Origin: an uncultured Chitinophagales bacterium
GTDB taxonomy: Bacteria > Bacteroidota > Bacteroidia > Chitinophagales > BACL12
Direction: 5' to 3'
Assembly: GCA_964463165.1 (NCBI GenBank)
Contig: CAYXBK010000015.1
Location: 13,957 to 77,956 of the forward strand
Length of the DNA stretch: 64,000 nucleotides
The notes under the pieces: model-generated
Told to the model about the DNA's origin: nothing
Seen by the model: the letters and a program-made list of their open reading frames with translations, nothing else
The model's database searches: none
Position numbers and translations under genes: made by a program
Shown here: in pieces, positions 47,301 to 56,516 of the stretch
Numbering within the stretch: the stretch's first letter is position 1
Layout: every line of letters starts with the position of its first letter

Positions 47301-48505
47301 GTTCCGGGAGCCGATGCATTATTATCTGTTAAATCTATCCCGTCAATTGTTACATAATCCGAACCGTTCAATGAAAATATTCCGTCAACCGTTGTTGATG
47401 CGCCTGTCATTGTAACTGTGCCCGTTTGCGCATAAATTATCGGATTTGCACCGGTACCACTTTTCATAAATGTGATCGTATTAATTGCGGTGCCGGTTTG
47501 CGTCAAATTAATTCCACCTGCCGGTGCTGTTTCGGTATGACCGGCTGCCACATTACAAATCACCGGACAAAAAACAGTTCCGGCATTTAACGCAGTGACA
47601 AATGATGCAATGGTTGGATAACATGCGGACGGCACATAATAATTGCCGCAAAATCCGACTGATGTTAAAACTGTATAACTGTAATTCGGCCCGCCGTTAT
47701 TATTTATACTGAGCGTACTCATGTCGTGCGACATTTGACCGTATGTTCCGACATCAGCAAGGATTTGTGCCGAGGTGCGGTTACTTGTATAAGCGTAATA
47801 ATAAATTGTTGTTCCGGCTAACTGGCAGGGGATTTCAACCGTACCTGTTGTTCCGGTGATTGTAACCGGCAATAATGTGGAAGAAGTGAAATTAAATACG
47901 GTTGAATATCTGACATACACATATTCGCCTGCACTGGGTGGCGCAGCAGTCGTTACCGTAACATAAACCGAATTCTCAGGATACACTGCCGCTGCACCCG
48001 GGCTTTGTGTTACGGAAGTGATGGCAACCGGATTAAAACTCGTTTCCATCACACCCATATATTCGTTGGCAGGGGTACCTGCAACACTGTATTCCGTGGT
48101 ATTGAACGTATAATAATTTCCGTTGGTAACCGCAGGCATTAAACCATCTGCGCCTCCGGGACTGTAGTTATAAAGTGCGCTCGCGGTTCCGCCAACCGGC
48201 TGAATGGTTGTATTATATCCTGCAAGCGTGAGGCCGCCGGTATACGGACACCATTTGACCGTGTAATCAACAGCACCCGGCGCTGTTCCTCCGGCAAACA
48301 ACCAATTCCTGGTACCGGTTGCACCTGAACTTGTAGCCTGTATCCGCACCTGCCTGAACAACCCATGGTCGGTCAGATTATAAGTCGCATATGAGCCATT
48401 TACGGTTTGGGTTCCTAATACAGTGGGTTGTGTAAAGGCAAATGTGCAGAGTATGCACATCATAACGGTTGGTATAACTCTAAGCGCCTTCAAAACGAGG
48501 AACAA
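44357..48505 (-). CDS. Giant right-handed parallel beta-helix repeat protein with T9SS sorting domain
   Basis: 1382 aa. Hundreds of residues follow a periodic NN.I.N / I.NN pattern (ISNNSINN, ITNNTISL, ISDNIIQNN, ITNNQLLNN). The T9SS CTD is VYPNPVSANLNFSV...PYFIYYV...RFMKE. The start (TTG 48505 or ATG 48463) is uncertain. Confidence 0.85.
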   Translation of the reverse strand: MFLVLKALRVIPTVMMCILCTFAFTQPTVLGTQTVNGSYATYNLTDHGLFRQVRIQATSSGATGTRNWLFAGGTAPGAVDYTVKWCPYTGGLTLAGYNTTIQPVGGTASALYNYSPGGADGLMPAVTNGNYYTFNTTEYSVAGTPANEYMGVMETSFNPVAITSVTQSPGAAAVYPENSVYVTVTTAAPPSAGEYVYVRYSTVFNFTSSTLLPVTITGTTGTVEIPCQLAGTTIYYYAYTSNRTSAQILADVGTYGQMSHDMSTLSINNNGGPNYSYTVLTSVGFCGNYYVPSACYPTIASFVTALNAGTVFCPVICNVAAGHTETAPAGGINLTQTGTAINTITFMKSGTGANPIIYAQTGTVTMTGASTTVDGIFSLNGSDYVTIDGIDLTDNNASAPGTMEYGYALFKNSNTDGCQHNTIKNCAITLKASNVSTGPSQFEDGSKGIFSGNITRTALTSTLVISTTTGRNDNNVYASNTIKNVHHGIVIRGYYDLVSPYTYYDQNNEIGQAGAGNTIENYGSGGSSAVFGIYVIYQNNHVISNNSINNTASGGSASTSILYGIFNGSNTTTSVANLAITNNTISLTQGSATSAMYGIKSGSSSGHLATTVSITSNTIQNCSFSVSSSGTFRGIDQLFVASTITISDNIIQNNTLNSTASVGINDLLLINNNTATPNTTITNNQLLNNSKTGSGSASLYGYYNNGVAASGTETVTGNIIYNLSVPSGSPSSAIGIRITTAPAQNKIVNSNTVSHITGGTGTSVFTSGIIIDGMNSSSSANNNVIQTVTGGANVSGLQCTGFNATSLNVSSNANVVVSGNSISDISTSGTGATGSLSGLAIHASTLISALSNTIDSIIATGASPLLIRAISAGGCTSPNTLLIDNSSITNVYHNNAGGTAVVSGIYLFPTSSTVTVSANDLANFSGGAASDMIIGIYATSGSVTYAIYNNILQRFTAPSSTQNLALNGIYTSAVGSTYNVSNNTIAFGENSIVSGGSGFGVCGMYHGAGILALRNNIIYINATAVGNGVASCVRKGTAGVAATAPATTSITSSTNNNYYFINTASSNYIYVEGASTSTIKNGYAWSGATTNVTNNLNNDPCFNILTASDITSYKYFMSLSGGGTREINSYYDVPPFAGGPILPDNLKLTTGATTYAESGAVVIAGITTDYEGDARSGSTPDIGADEGDFVVQTPDCYLLPLELIAFTGWYNGSENELHWTTATEINSDYFGVEKSINGIDFYTIGNVNAAGNSLVESDYTFYDDDPVAGINYYRLRMTDIDGAFEYSNTIAIRVDEDGTPAFIVYPNPVSANLNFSVNSSFDQQIVVEITDIPGKKLLSRKFVLHSGQNTFTIDISSFAAAPYFIYYVNDAGAIQVTRFMKE

Positions 48506-48615
48506 AATTAATTACTTTGCTCATGAATAACTCTAGAAAGTTAAGTATTCATCTAATGATAATCAAGAAATAAGCATTTATTATTGTTGATAATCTATTG
48601 AAAGAAGGATATCAA

Positions 48616-48647
48616 TAAAAAACCGGCAAGTAACCCGCCGGTTTTTC
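48616..48647 (-). terminator. Rho-independent terminator
   Basis: AAAAAACCGGC (48617-48627) pairs with GCCGGTTTTT (48637-48646). On the minus strand the hairpin is followed by a T-run. It lies 17 nt after the stop of gene 48664..50316. Confidence 0.8.
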
Positions 48648-48663
48648 AATCTGGCAGTTTTGT

Positions 48664-50316
48664 TTATTGCTTCACAAAACTTGCGTTCATCGACGCACCT
48701 GTTTGTGAAATAAATTTCAACTGGTAAATTCCCTTTGGAAGATCAGATACGTTGATGTTTGCATTGGCGCCATCCAATCCCCTCACGATTTTTACCGTTT
48801 CACCGATGGCGTTTATTATTTCGATACTCGTATTGAAAAATTTATTTTCCTGTTCTGTTGTGATATGGATAGTTTGCATAACAGGGTTTGGATAAATAGA
48901 AATATCTGCTTCGGGTACAGTGTGTATCAATTCAACATAATCTGCATTCCTTTCATATACAATTGAGCAATCTTCAAAATTTGAATAATAAAAATCCTGT
49001 ACCGAAGGAATACGTTCTGTTAAAACATCCACAGCTTTCCTGTTCAGAAAATTTCCATAAACGGAATCTGTTACAAGAGTATCATAAGAAAATGCAGTAA
49101 TCAATGCGATCTCAAAACACAGTGAGTCACCTGAATTTAAATTGAACGGGCCTGACGATCCTAAACCACGCCTGTCGGATGGCGTATTTAATTCTGTAAA
49201 TTCACTCCAGCCATCGGGATCCAGCGGACTTGATGAGTACAAATAATTTGCTGGTTGAATCCCTCCATATCCATTGCCGCCGAATGTCTGGCTTGATCCG
49301 TCTCCCCATAATCCTTTCATATAACCATAAAAATTTTCCGGATAAGCAGGATTGCCTGTTACCGTGAAATCATTATTGAAATATTTAAAACTGTTTAAAC
49401 GCTGATTTAAAAATGCAACACCCTGTGCAGGAGCATTAAATCCATAACTAAAAGCAGAAGGCCCGTCTGAAAGATCACCATTATAAGCATAAAATAAATT
49501 TAAATTACTGTCGCAACCGAGAAAATCATCATTATAAAAACCAAGGTCAAAATCGGTAAATAATCCGAGATAGAAATCATGATAATTTTCTGCAGAGCGG
49601 TTTATGATCTGGTAATTAATGAATATCGTTTTTCTTAATGCACTATCACCCGGCATGTCAAATGCGTAAGCCGTTCCATGTATTTCCAATTTTAATTTAT
49701 CACCCATGGATTCGGTATGATCATTTGCATCATCATTCATCATAAAAAACGCCGCCTCATCTCCGCGGATTTTCGGATAATCGCCATTTTCAGGATCATA
49801 GATTGCATTATTGTTATAATCATAAAACGGAGCGAGTATTGCTGCTTCACCGTTTGCAATATTTCCGTTCCCCGGCCAATTCGCAATTGATGCAGGAACA
49901 ATATAGCCGGCTGTTGCCCAATTTAAAATATGATTATCAATTGTTGATTTATCTACTACCCAGACATTGTCGTAAGTGTCGGTATAGCCCGGAGCATCAT
50001 AATCAGTTGCAACAGGGCCCGGCCAAAAATCACCACCGGATTGACGATAGGTTTGAGCGGCGATATGCAGGTTACCTCCATCGTCAATACCGCCTATCCA
50101 TAATCCCTGTGCAAATATTGAAGAAACAGGAATTTGACCCGGCAGAGTTGGCTTTGGAACATAAAAATGTGCATCGGATTCACCATCCCAGAAATTATTT
50201 CCATGCGACCCTATCAATGCATTGATGTCATTCACATCAATCGAATCATAAGTTTGTGCCTTTAGTATCGGTTGGATAAGCACGGAAGATAGGAGAATAA
50301 TTAAAAGTGTTTTCAT
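48664..50316 (-). CDS. T9SS-secreted protein of unknown function
   Basis: Start at MKTLLIILLSSVLIQPILKAQ (ATG 50316). The T9SS CTD is ISIYPNPVMQTIHIT...GIYQLKFIS...FVKQ. Confidence 0.8.
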   Translation of the reverse strand: MKTLLIILLSSVLIQPILKAQTYDSIDVNDINALIGSHGNNFWDGESDAHFYVPKPTLPGQIPVSSIFAQGLWIGGIDDGGNLHIAAQTYRQSGGDFWPGPVATDYDAPGYTDTYDNVWVVDKSTIDNHILNWATAGYIVPASIANWPGNGNIANGEAAILAPFYDYNNNAIYDPENGDYPKIRGDEAAFFMMNDDANDHTESMGDKLKLEIHGTAYAFDMPGDSALRKTIFINYQIINRSAENYHDFYLGLFTDFDLGFYNDDFLGCDSNLNLFYAYNGDLSDGPSAFSYGFNAPAQGVAFLNQRLNSFKYFNNDFTVTGNPAYPENFYGYMKGLWGDGSSQTFGGNGYGGIQPANYLYSSSPLDPDGWSEFTELNTPSDRRGLGSSGPFNLNSGDSLCFEIALITAFSYDTLVTDSVYGNFLNRKAVDVLTERIPSVQDFYYSNFEDCSIVYERNADYVELIHTVPEADISIYPNPVMQTIHITTEQENKFFNTSIEIINAIGETVKIVRGLDGANANINVSDLPKGIYQLKFISQTGASMNASFVKQ

Positions 50317-50476
50317 AATATAAATTTTTGATGTCAGGCAAATGAACTTCATTTTACATACAAAGTTGTCATCAAATTATCTGAATTTATGATAAGTGTT
50401 CAGTTGAGGGTCATATTTACATTTAATTGACAATCCCTACCCTCAACGCTCTGAACCCTGAACGCAGAACATCCAT

Positions 50477-50484
50477 TATCTTTG
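50477..50484 (+). promoter_or_regulatory. Candidate -7 promoter box upstream of gatB
   Basis: TATCTTTG matches TAnnTTTG. It ends only 7 nt before the gatB ATG, implying a very short or absent leader. Confidence 0.4.
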
Positions 50485-50491
50485 CCGTTCA

Positions 50492-51940
50492 ATGGAAGTG
50501 TACGATAAATACGAAGTGGTTGTGGGCCTTGAGGTGCATGCCCAGCTCCTTACAAAAACAAAAGCTTACAGCTCCGATATTGCTGAATACGGCGGCGATC
50601 CGAACACACATGTAAGTGTGGTTACCCTCGGGCATCCGGGCACTTTGCCCGTTGTGAATAAACGCACATTTGAACTGGCCATAATGATGGGCCTTGCTAC
50701 ACATTGCAAGATCACGAGAGTAAATCAGTTTGCACGTAAAAATTATTTTTATGCCGATCTGCCGAAAGGATATCAGATCACTCAGGACAAAACCCCCCTC
50801 TGCACGGAAGGTTATTTATTGATCGGTGATTACGGCAACGAAAAGAAGATCGGTATTACAAGAATTCATGTGGAAGAAGATGCCGGAAAAAGTATTCACG
50901 ACCTTGATCCGTTTTATACATTGGTTGATTTAAATCGTGCCGGTACTCCTTTAATTGAAATTGTAAGCGAACCTGATATGCGCAGCAGTGATGAAGCATA
51001 TCAATATGTAACGGAGATCAGAAAAATTGTGCGCTATCTCGGCATCTGCGATGGAAATATGGAAGAAGGATCACTGCGCTGCGATGCAAATGTGAGCGTG
51101 CGCATAAAAGGTGTTGATGCATTCGGCGTAAAAGTGGAAGTGAAAAATATGAATTCGATCCGCAATGTAAAACGTGCAATTGAATATGAAATTAAAAGGC
51201 AGATCGATGCGATTGAAAATAATGAAACATTAGTACAGGAAACAAGAAGTTTTGATGCGGCAAAAGGAATTACATTCAGTATGCGCAGTAAGGAAGCTGC
51301 TCATGATTATCGCTATTTTCCCGAGCCTGATCTCCAACCGGTTGTGATCACAGATGAAATGATCAGTTCGGTAAAAAATAAAATGCCGGCATTACCGAAG
51401 GAGCTGATGCATAAATATATCGAACAATTAAAACTCAGCATTTATGATGCGGAAATTCTGACATCAGAAAAAAGTGTGAGCGATTATTTTGAAACATTAA
51501 TTCAGCATACAACAAATTACAAAGCTGCTGCTAACTGGATGCTCGGGCCGGTTAAAACATGGGCAAACGAAAACGCAATGGAAATAAATGAAATTCCGGT
51601 TTCACCTGCAAAAATTGCCGAGATCATTGCACTCACCGATGCGGGGAAAATCAATTTCACAATTGCATCACAGCAATTATTTCCGAAAATGCTTGCATCA
51701 CCTGAAAAAGATGCCATCGCACTTGCAACGGAATTAAATCTGATCGTTGAAAGTGATAATGGATTGATTGAAAAATTAGCTATGGATGCGCTTGCGAAAT
51801 ATCCGGATAAAGTGCAGGAATATAAAAACGGTAAAACCGGAATTATCGGATTGTTTATGGGCGAGATCATGAAAATGAGTAAAGGAAAAGCCGATCCGAA
51901 AATGGCAACAAAAATTCTCGAAGAAAAATTAAATCAGTAA
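50492..51940 (+). CDS. gatB: Asp-tRNA(Asn)/Glu-tRNA(Gln) amidotransferase subunit B
   Basis: 482 aa. YEVVVGLEVHAQL...RKNYFYADLPKGYQITQ...EEGSLRCDANVSVR is diagnostic of GatB. Confidence 0.95.
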   Translation: MEVYDKYEVVVGLEVHAQLLTKTKAYSSDIAEYGGDPNTHVSVVTLGHPGTLPVVNKRTFELAIMMGLATHCKITRVNQFARKNYFYADLPKGYQITQDKTPLCTEGYLLIGDYGNEKKIGITRIHVEEDAGKSIHDLDPFYTLVDLNRAGTPLIEIVSEPDMRSSDEAYQYVTEIRKIVRYLGICDGNMEEGSLRCDANVSVRIKGVDAFGVKVEVKNMNSIRNVKRAIEYEIKRQIDAIENNETLVQETRSFDAAKGITFSMRSKEAAHDYRYFPEPDLQPVVITDEMISSVKNKMPALPKELMHKYIEQLKLSIYDAEILTSEKSVSDYFETLIQHTTNYKAAANWMLGPVKTWANENAMEINEIPVSPAKIAEIIALTDAGKINFTIASQQLFPKMLASPEKDAIALATELNLIVESDNGLIEKLAMDALAKYPDKVQEYKNGKTGIIGLFMGEIMKMSKGKADPKMATKILEEKLNQ

Positions 51941-51941
51941 A

Positions 51942-53108
51942 ATGAAATTCAACCGATATATGAAATCTGTTTTGTTATTTATAATGAGCTGCCTCGCAAT
52001 TTCTTTCTATGCCTGCAATACCGAAAAAGGCGAACCCTTTCATGTAACAGGCACAATCAAAGGTGCGGAGAATAAAAAAATATTTATTGAAACAATGACT
52101 TTTCCGCAGATCAATCAATTTCCGAAATACACATTGATTGATACGGCACGTGGTGATGCAAACGGTAATTTTACAATTGAAAATTATTTGCCGGAGCGCA
52201 TGTTGTGCCGCATTACGGTAGAAGGAAATCAATATAATTATTATATCGTTTCACTTGAAAATGAAACATTGCGGATTGCGGCAGACATCAATAAACAATT
52301 GAAACCTGACGTGCAGGGATCAGGCGCAACAATCGCGCTTTATGCTTTCATCGACAGAATGCGTGAGAACAATCTGTTTCAAAATGCGATCAACGACAGC
52401 ATCATGACTTACACTGCCGCAGGAAATGATTCGATGATCAGTATTTACACGCAAAAAAGAATTGATGCACAAAATGAATACAGCCAGATTCTAAAAACCT
52501 TTGCGGATACTGCAAACGATATTTCCAATGCAATTGTCGCGATCGAAGGCCTTGAATTTGAAAAAGAAATTGAGTATATAAAAAAATTCGCTGCACGCAT
52601 GGACAATTCGGATGATTCTGCCTCTGCTTATTTAAAAGAATTGAAAACCAAGATCGACTTGCAGGAAAAAATGCTGACGGAAAGTTTTATCGGCAAACCA
52701 TTTATTGATATTATGCAACCGGATCCAAGCGGTAAGAATTTAAAATTATCCGATCTGAAAGGAAAAGTGGTGCTCGTTGATTTTTGGGCGAGCTGGTGCG
52801 GGCCCTGCCGGAAAGAAAATCCGAATGTGGTGAATGTTTATAAAAATTATGCAGATAAAGGTTTCACTGTCTTCAGCGTTTCACTCGATACGGAAAAAGA
52901 TAAATGGCTCGCTGCAATTAAAAAGGACGGATTGATCTGGGATACGCATGTGAGTTTATTAAGCCAGGAAAATAATCAGGCTGCAATGGATTATCGTATC
53001 ACCGGAATTCCTATGTCGTTTTTAGTTGACCGAAATGGAATTATCGTCGCACAGAATTTAAGAGGCAGTGCGCTTGCGAAGGAAGTTGATAAGCTGATTA
53101 ATCAGTAG
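51942..53108 (+). CDS. TlpA-family thiol:disulfide oxidoreductase lipoprotein
   Basis: 388 aa with an N-terminal lipoprotein signal. The thioredoxin motif is FWASWCGPC. The start is 1 nt after the gatB stop. Confidence 0.85.
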   Translation: MKFNRYMKSVLLFIMSCLAISFYACNTEKGEPFHVTGTIKGAENKKIFIETMTFPQINQFPKYTLIDTARGDANGNFTIENYLPERMLCRITVEGNQYNYYIVSLENETLRIAADINKQLKPDVQGSGATIALYAFIDRMRENNLFQNAINDSIMTYTAAGNDSMISIYTQKRIDAQNEYSQILKTFADTANDISNAIVAIEGLEFEKEIEYIKKFAARMDNSDDSASAYLKELKTKIDLQEKMLTESFIGKPFIDIMQPDPSGKNLKLSDLKGKVVLVDFWASWCGPCRKENPNVVNVYKNYADKGFTVFSVSLDTEKDKWLAAIKKDGLIWDTHVSLLSQENNQAAMDYRITGIPMSFLVDRNGIIVAQNLRGSALAKEVDKLINQ

Positions 53109-53112
53109 TTTT

Positions 53113-53190
53113 CAGTCCGCAGTCCTCAGTCGCAGTTGGCAGTGGCGCAAGCGGACGTGAACACACGAACACGTGAACGCGTGTGCACAC
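53113..53190 (+). repeat. Low-complexity short-period repeat block between convergent genes
   Basis: CAGTCCG CAGTCCT CAGTCG CAGTTGG CAGTGGCG (53113-53147) is followed by GTGAACACAC GAACAC GTGAAC and the 10-nt palindrome GTGTGCACAC (53181-53190). GTCCGC (53115-53120) can pair with GCGGAC (53151-53156). Confidence 0.85.
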
Positions 53191-53191
53191 T

Positions 53192-53812
53192 CTACAGCCC
53201 TATTGCCACACCAAACTGCCAAACCGAATGATGCGCATTTCTCAAACTATATGATAAACCATTAAAACTATCTGTAGTCCCGATATCACTTATGCCGTAA
53301 TTATAACGTGCATTAAATTCGATTTGATCATTTCCCAAACCAAATCCTACTGCCAATCCGAAATCCGTGGAATTAAAATCATCGCGGTTTATTTTTTCAT
53401 CAAAATCGAGCACATCATCATCCGCATCATTCACAACATTTCCGCTTATTAAAAAACCTGCATAAGGACCCGCCTCTATTCTGAAAATAGTCCCGAGCCT
53501 TGCGCCGATTAAAACCGGAATTTCAACATAATTGAAATTATAATTTGTAACACCCTGGCCGAGGATATAATCATAATCCACCGAACTGCCTTTAGTTGTA
53601 AAATTTAATTCAGGTTGCAGAAATACACTTTCGGTTAAATCTGTCCGTAAAAAAACACCCGCATTAAATCCGGCTTTTAAATTATTGTCGTTTACATTTT
53701 CAATAAACATATTGCTTAAATTCAATCCGGCCTTTAATCCGGCAAATGTTTGCGCATGCACTGCATGTATCATTGACAACAGAATTGCAGACAGTATCAG
53801 AATCTTTTTCAT
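53192..53812 (-). CDS. Small outer-membrane beta-barrel (porin-family/OmpW-like) protein
   Basis: Start at MKKILILSAILLSMIHAVHAQ (ATG 53812). It has alternating strand patterns and a C-terminal aromatic-rich end (VWQFGVAIGL). Confidence 0.75.
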   Translation of the reverse strand: MKKILILSAILLSMIHAVHAQTFAGLKAGLNLSNMFIENVNDNNLKAGFNAGVFLRTDLTESVFLQPELNFTTKGSSVDYDYILGQGVTNYNFNYVEIPVLIGARLGTIFRIEAGPYAGFLISGNVVNDADDDVLDFDEKINRDDFNSTDFGLAVGFGLGNDQIEFNARYNYGISDIGTTDSFNGLSYSLRNAHHSVWQFGVAIGL

Positions 53813-54007
53813 AAAAATATTTTCAAATCTTAGGGAAAATATCCTGCCATTGCCTGGAAGTGCCGGTATCAGTAGTTTGAGAAATGGGACCAATTCAGGT
53901 TGGGGAAATAAATGCACAGAAGCAGGAAGCGGCAGCCACGGCATTCATCAGTCAAATAAATAATGTGCCGCTTATTTTATTTTCAAGACAGCCTTCAAAT
54001 AATATAT

Positions 54008-55999
54008 TTAATCAGGAATAATCAGCTTTACCGTAAATTGTTTTTCGTCCTTCACAATTGAAAATATATATACGCCTGGAGTTAAGGATACCGGTATAAA
54101 TTTTTCCTTTGAGGTAATTAATCCATCACAAATTTTCCTGCCGCTCATATCATATAAATAAAAATCAAATGGTTCACCATATTCCTGATTCAGGTTTACA
54201 AATATATTTCCGTTATAATATGTGATAAGCTGAGAAAAGATGGCAGGATCAGCGACAGAAACCAATGTTTCAAGATCAACATCATTTGATCTGTCAGAAA
54301 GCTGATCAACTGTGCCAAATTCGTTTTTGATAATCAGCACGTATGCAAAATAAGGCCCGCCAGGTTCAATCGTATCACCCTCAACAGTAATGAGGTTTTC
54401 ATCACCATTAAAAACTATATTTTCTCCTGTCGGTAAAATCGTGTAATAATTGGAAGCTGGAATTGAGAGTGCATCATCAACATTAAATCCGACGGCAAGC
54501 GCCCCCGGTTCCAAAAAATAAATCCTGTATTCTGTAACAGCCTTTTCAACGGTAGCCATATCGAATGATAATTTTAGATCCCGTCCGTCGCCGAAATCAC
54601 TGATATCCTCCAGTACAAGATCTGTCGGCACAGGTGTTTCAATTTCTATCGTCTCAAGCAGTGTCGGAATTGAAAGTACAGAATAAGCTGCAGAAATACT
54701 ATCGGCAACACTGAGACTTATGGCGATATATTTTCCTACTGTAATCACATCACCATCTGTATCCCTGGCAGCAGCACCGGCAGGAAATGAAACAAATTCC
54801 GTTGCGGTTGATACATTAAAATAATTCCCGGGCAATACATTCAGAGCCGTGGTGGTTGTAAAGCCCGGAATGCTTTCTTCCTTAACAAGCATAACACGAT
54901 ACTCGAGTATACCTTTTTTATTGAGAGGTGCTGTAAAATTTAATTTTATATCGGCACCATTTCCATAATTATGCAAATCTGTCAGGGTGATAATCCCGGG
55001 TGCAATTGAATCTGATAAAATAATTGTTCCTGATGGCAATGAAAGTGAATCTTCGAAACCAACATTCATTTTCTGTAAAATAAATAACCGGTAATTTATT
55101 CCGTTGCCGACTGGATCGCCATCACTGTCGCGGGAAAGTGAATTAAAAGTTGAAATATATTCATCACTTCCATCGGCTGGTATTTCTATATATTGATCTG
55201 CAGAAAGTAATGCTGCATCATCAATTGTAAAATCATCTGCAACATCATCCTTTACACAGATTGCCCGGTAAGTATTGATATTTGCTGCATCTGCCGGCGC
55301 ATTAAATCCAAAATGGAGATCATCGCCCGTTCCTGTGATATCTCCGTCTTTTACAAATTTCCATGTAATGTCCGCAAAAGAATAAAACGTTTCGATTGGT
55401 GTTACCGGCGTTGCATCAAATGCAAAATCTTTAATAATTAATTTATAGTCATCAACTACGGAGCAGCGAATCCATCCATAATGCAATAATCCTTCACCAT
55501 CCCAAAAACGAAGGCCCAGGAATTTATCTTCCGTATCAGGGAACCAGTTTCCTGCGCCACCGCCGCCAAAATAATTACTGACAATAAATGCAATTTCGCC
55601 CTGGTAATAAAAATTAAAATCCGACTCATTAATCATCACATTGACATTTAATGCATAAGGCGCAGTAAATGTTGTTGAACACGAACTGCATAATCCAGTC
55701 CAGAAAGTGCTGGCAGCAATTTTATCATTAATTCCAATTCCCTGAACCTCGATATTATTAGAAAATGCAGTTTCACTCATCCACCATGATGAAGTTGTAA
55801 AAAAAGATGCTTTAGTAAACCAGAAATCCGGCGCACCATCATTGTCCATATCCAGCAGGAATTCATCTCCGTTAAATTCCAATACGGTATCAGGATCTAT
55901 ATCATTATAGTAAACCTGACCAGATATTTCCTGGAAACCTAAAAAGTTTACGGCCAGTGCCGAATAAGATATAAGCTTATTTCGTGATTGATTATTCAT
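54008..55999 (-). CDS. T9SS-secreted protein with three ~110-aa internal repeats
   Basis: Start at MNNQSRNKLISYSALA (ATG 55999). There are three related modules (..GDDLHFGFNAP.., ..GADIKLNFTAP.., ..GRDLKLSFDMA..). The T9SS CTD is GVYIFSIVKDEKQFTVKLIIPD. Confidence 0.8.
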   Translation of the reverse strand: MNNQSRNKLISYSALAVNFLGFQEISGQVYYNDIDPDTVLEFNGDEFLLDMDNDGAPDFWFTKASFFTTSSWWMSETAFSNNIEVQGIGINDKIAASTFWTGLCSSCSTTFTAPYALNVNVMINESDFNFYYQGEIAFIVSNYFGGGGAGNWFPDTEDKFLGLRFWDGEGLLHYGWIRCSVVDDYKLIIKDFAFDATPVTPIETFYSFADITWKFVKDGDITGTGDDLHFGFNAPADAANINTYRAICVKDDVADDFTIDDAALLSADQYIEIPADGSDEYISTFNSLSRDSDGDPVGNGINYRLFILQKMNVGFEDSLSLPSGTIILSDSIAPGIITLTDLHNYGNGADIKLNFTAPLNKKGILEYRVMLVKEESIPGFTTTTALNVLPGNYFNVSTATEFVSFPAGAAARDTDGDVITVGKYIAISLSVADSISAAYSVLSIPTLLETIEIETPVPTDLVLEDISDFGDGRDLKLSFDMATVEKAVTEYRIYFLEPGALAVGFNVDDALSIPASNYYTILPTGENIVFNGDENLITVEGDTIEPGGPYFAYVLIIKNEFGTVDQLSDRSNDVDLETLVSVADPAIFSQLITYYNGNIFVNLNQEYGEPFDFYLYDMSGRKICDGLITSKEKFIPVSLTPGVYIFSIVKDEKQFTVKLIIPD

Positions 56000-56181
56000 G
56001 GGTTTAGTTGATATTTTGAACGATGGGTGCAATTCAAACTTACATTAATTCAAACAATAACACAAATGCTTTTTAGTGAAGCAACACGATTCAATGGTGA
56101 AACAGCTCGTTAAATGAGTGATGGGTTTGTCCTCAGATTTTGTAATCACCAATCCGCTTGTAATTTGAATTATTCCTTCGT

Positions 56182-56264
56182 GGCAAAAGATTGCTTCGTT
56201 GTGCCTCCCTGCCGGCCGACGCTCAGACCCGTGCTGCGGCAGGCGGGCTCGCAATGACTTTTGC
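56182..56264. repeat. GC-rich two-tier hairpin element (copy A)
   Basis: Outer stem: GCAAAAG+ATTGC (56183-56194) pairs with GCAAT..CTTTTGC (56251-56264). Inner stem: CCTGCCG (56208-56214) pairs with CGGCAGG (56237-56243). The core GCCGACGC...GCTGCGGCAGGCGGG recurs at 57645-57680. Confidence 0.8.
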
Positions 56265-56353
56265 TAGAGATGGCTGCGAGAGATTTGTTGTGTCACCTAG
56301 TCTTGCGTCAGCCGTTTAATGTTCCTTATTCCTTGTTCAATATTGGATATTCA

Positions 56354-56515
56354 TCACCATTTCAACCGCTTCCACCACGGCCTCTTTCTTTTTTCGGGCG
56401 GGATTTCCGCTTGCTGCATTTTATATTTTTTATATCCGAATACAAAAATGATGATGAGTGCGGCGATGACCGGAAGAATTTCAAGAAAATATAAAAAGAA
56501 AGCGATGGCACTCAA
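56354..56515 (-). CDS. Possible small single-pass membrane protein
   Basis: A 53-codon ORF below the ORF-track cut-off, with TTG start 56515 just after the M42 stop. It has a hydrophobic helix (SAIAFFLYFLEILPVIAALIIIFVFGY) followed by a basic tail (KKYKMQQAEIPPEKRKRPWWKRLKW). Confidence 0.3.
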   Translation of the reverse strand: MSAIAFFLYFLEILPVIAALIIIFVFGYKKYKMQQAEIPPEKRKRPWWKRLKW

Positions 56516-56516
56516 A

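Noticed and set aside
50403-50470. An 8-bp inverted repeat, GTTGAGGG...CCCTCAAC, and the adjacent CTGAACC CTGAACG CAGAACA heptamer-like run upstream of gatB.
   Set aside because: The run is only three imperfect units, and it sits in a divergent promoter region rather than after a stop codon. That is too little to call a member of the heptamer arrays. It is noted only as a possible weak relative.
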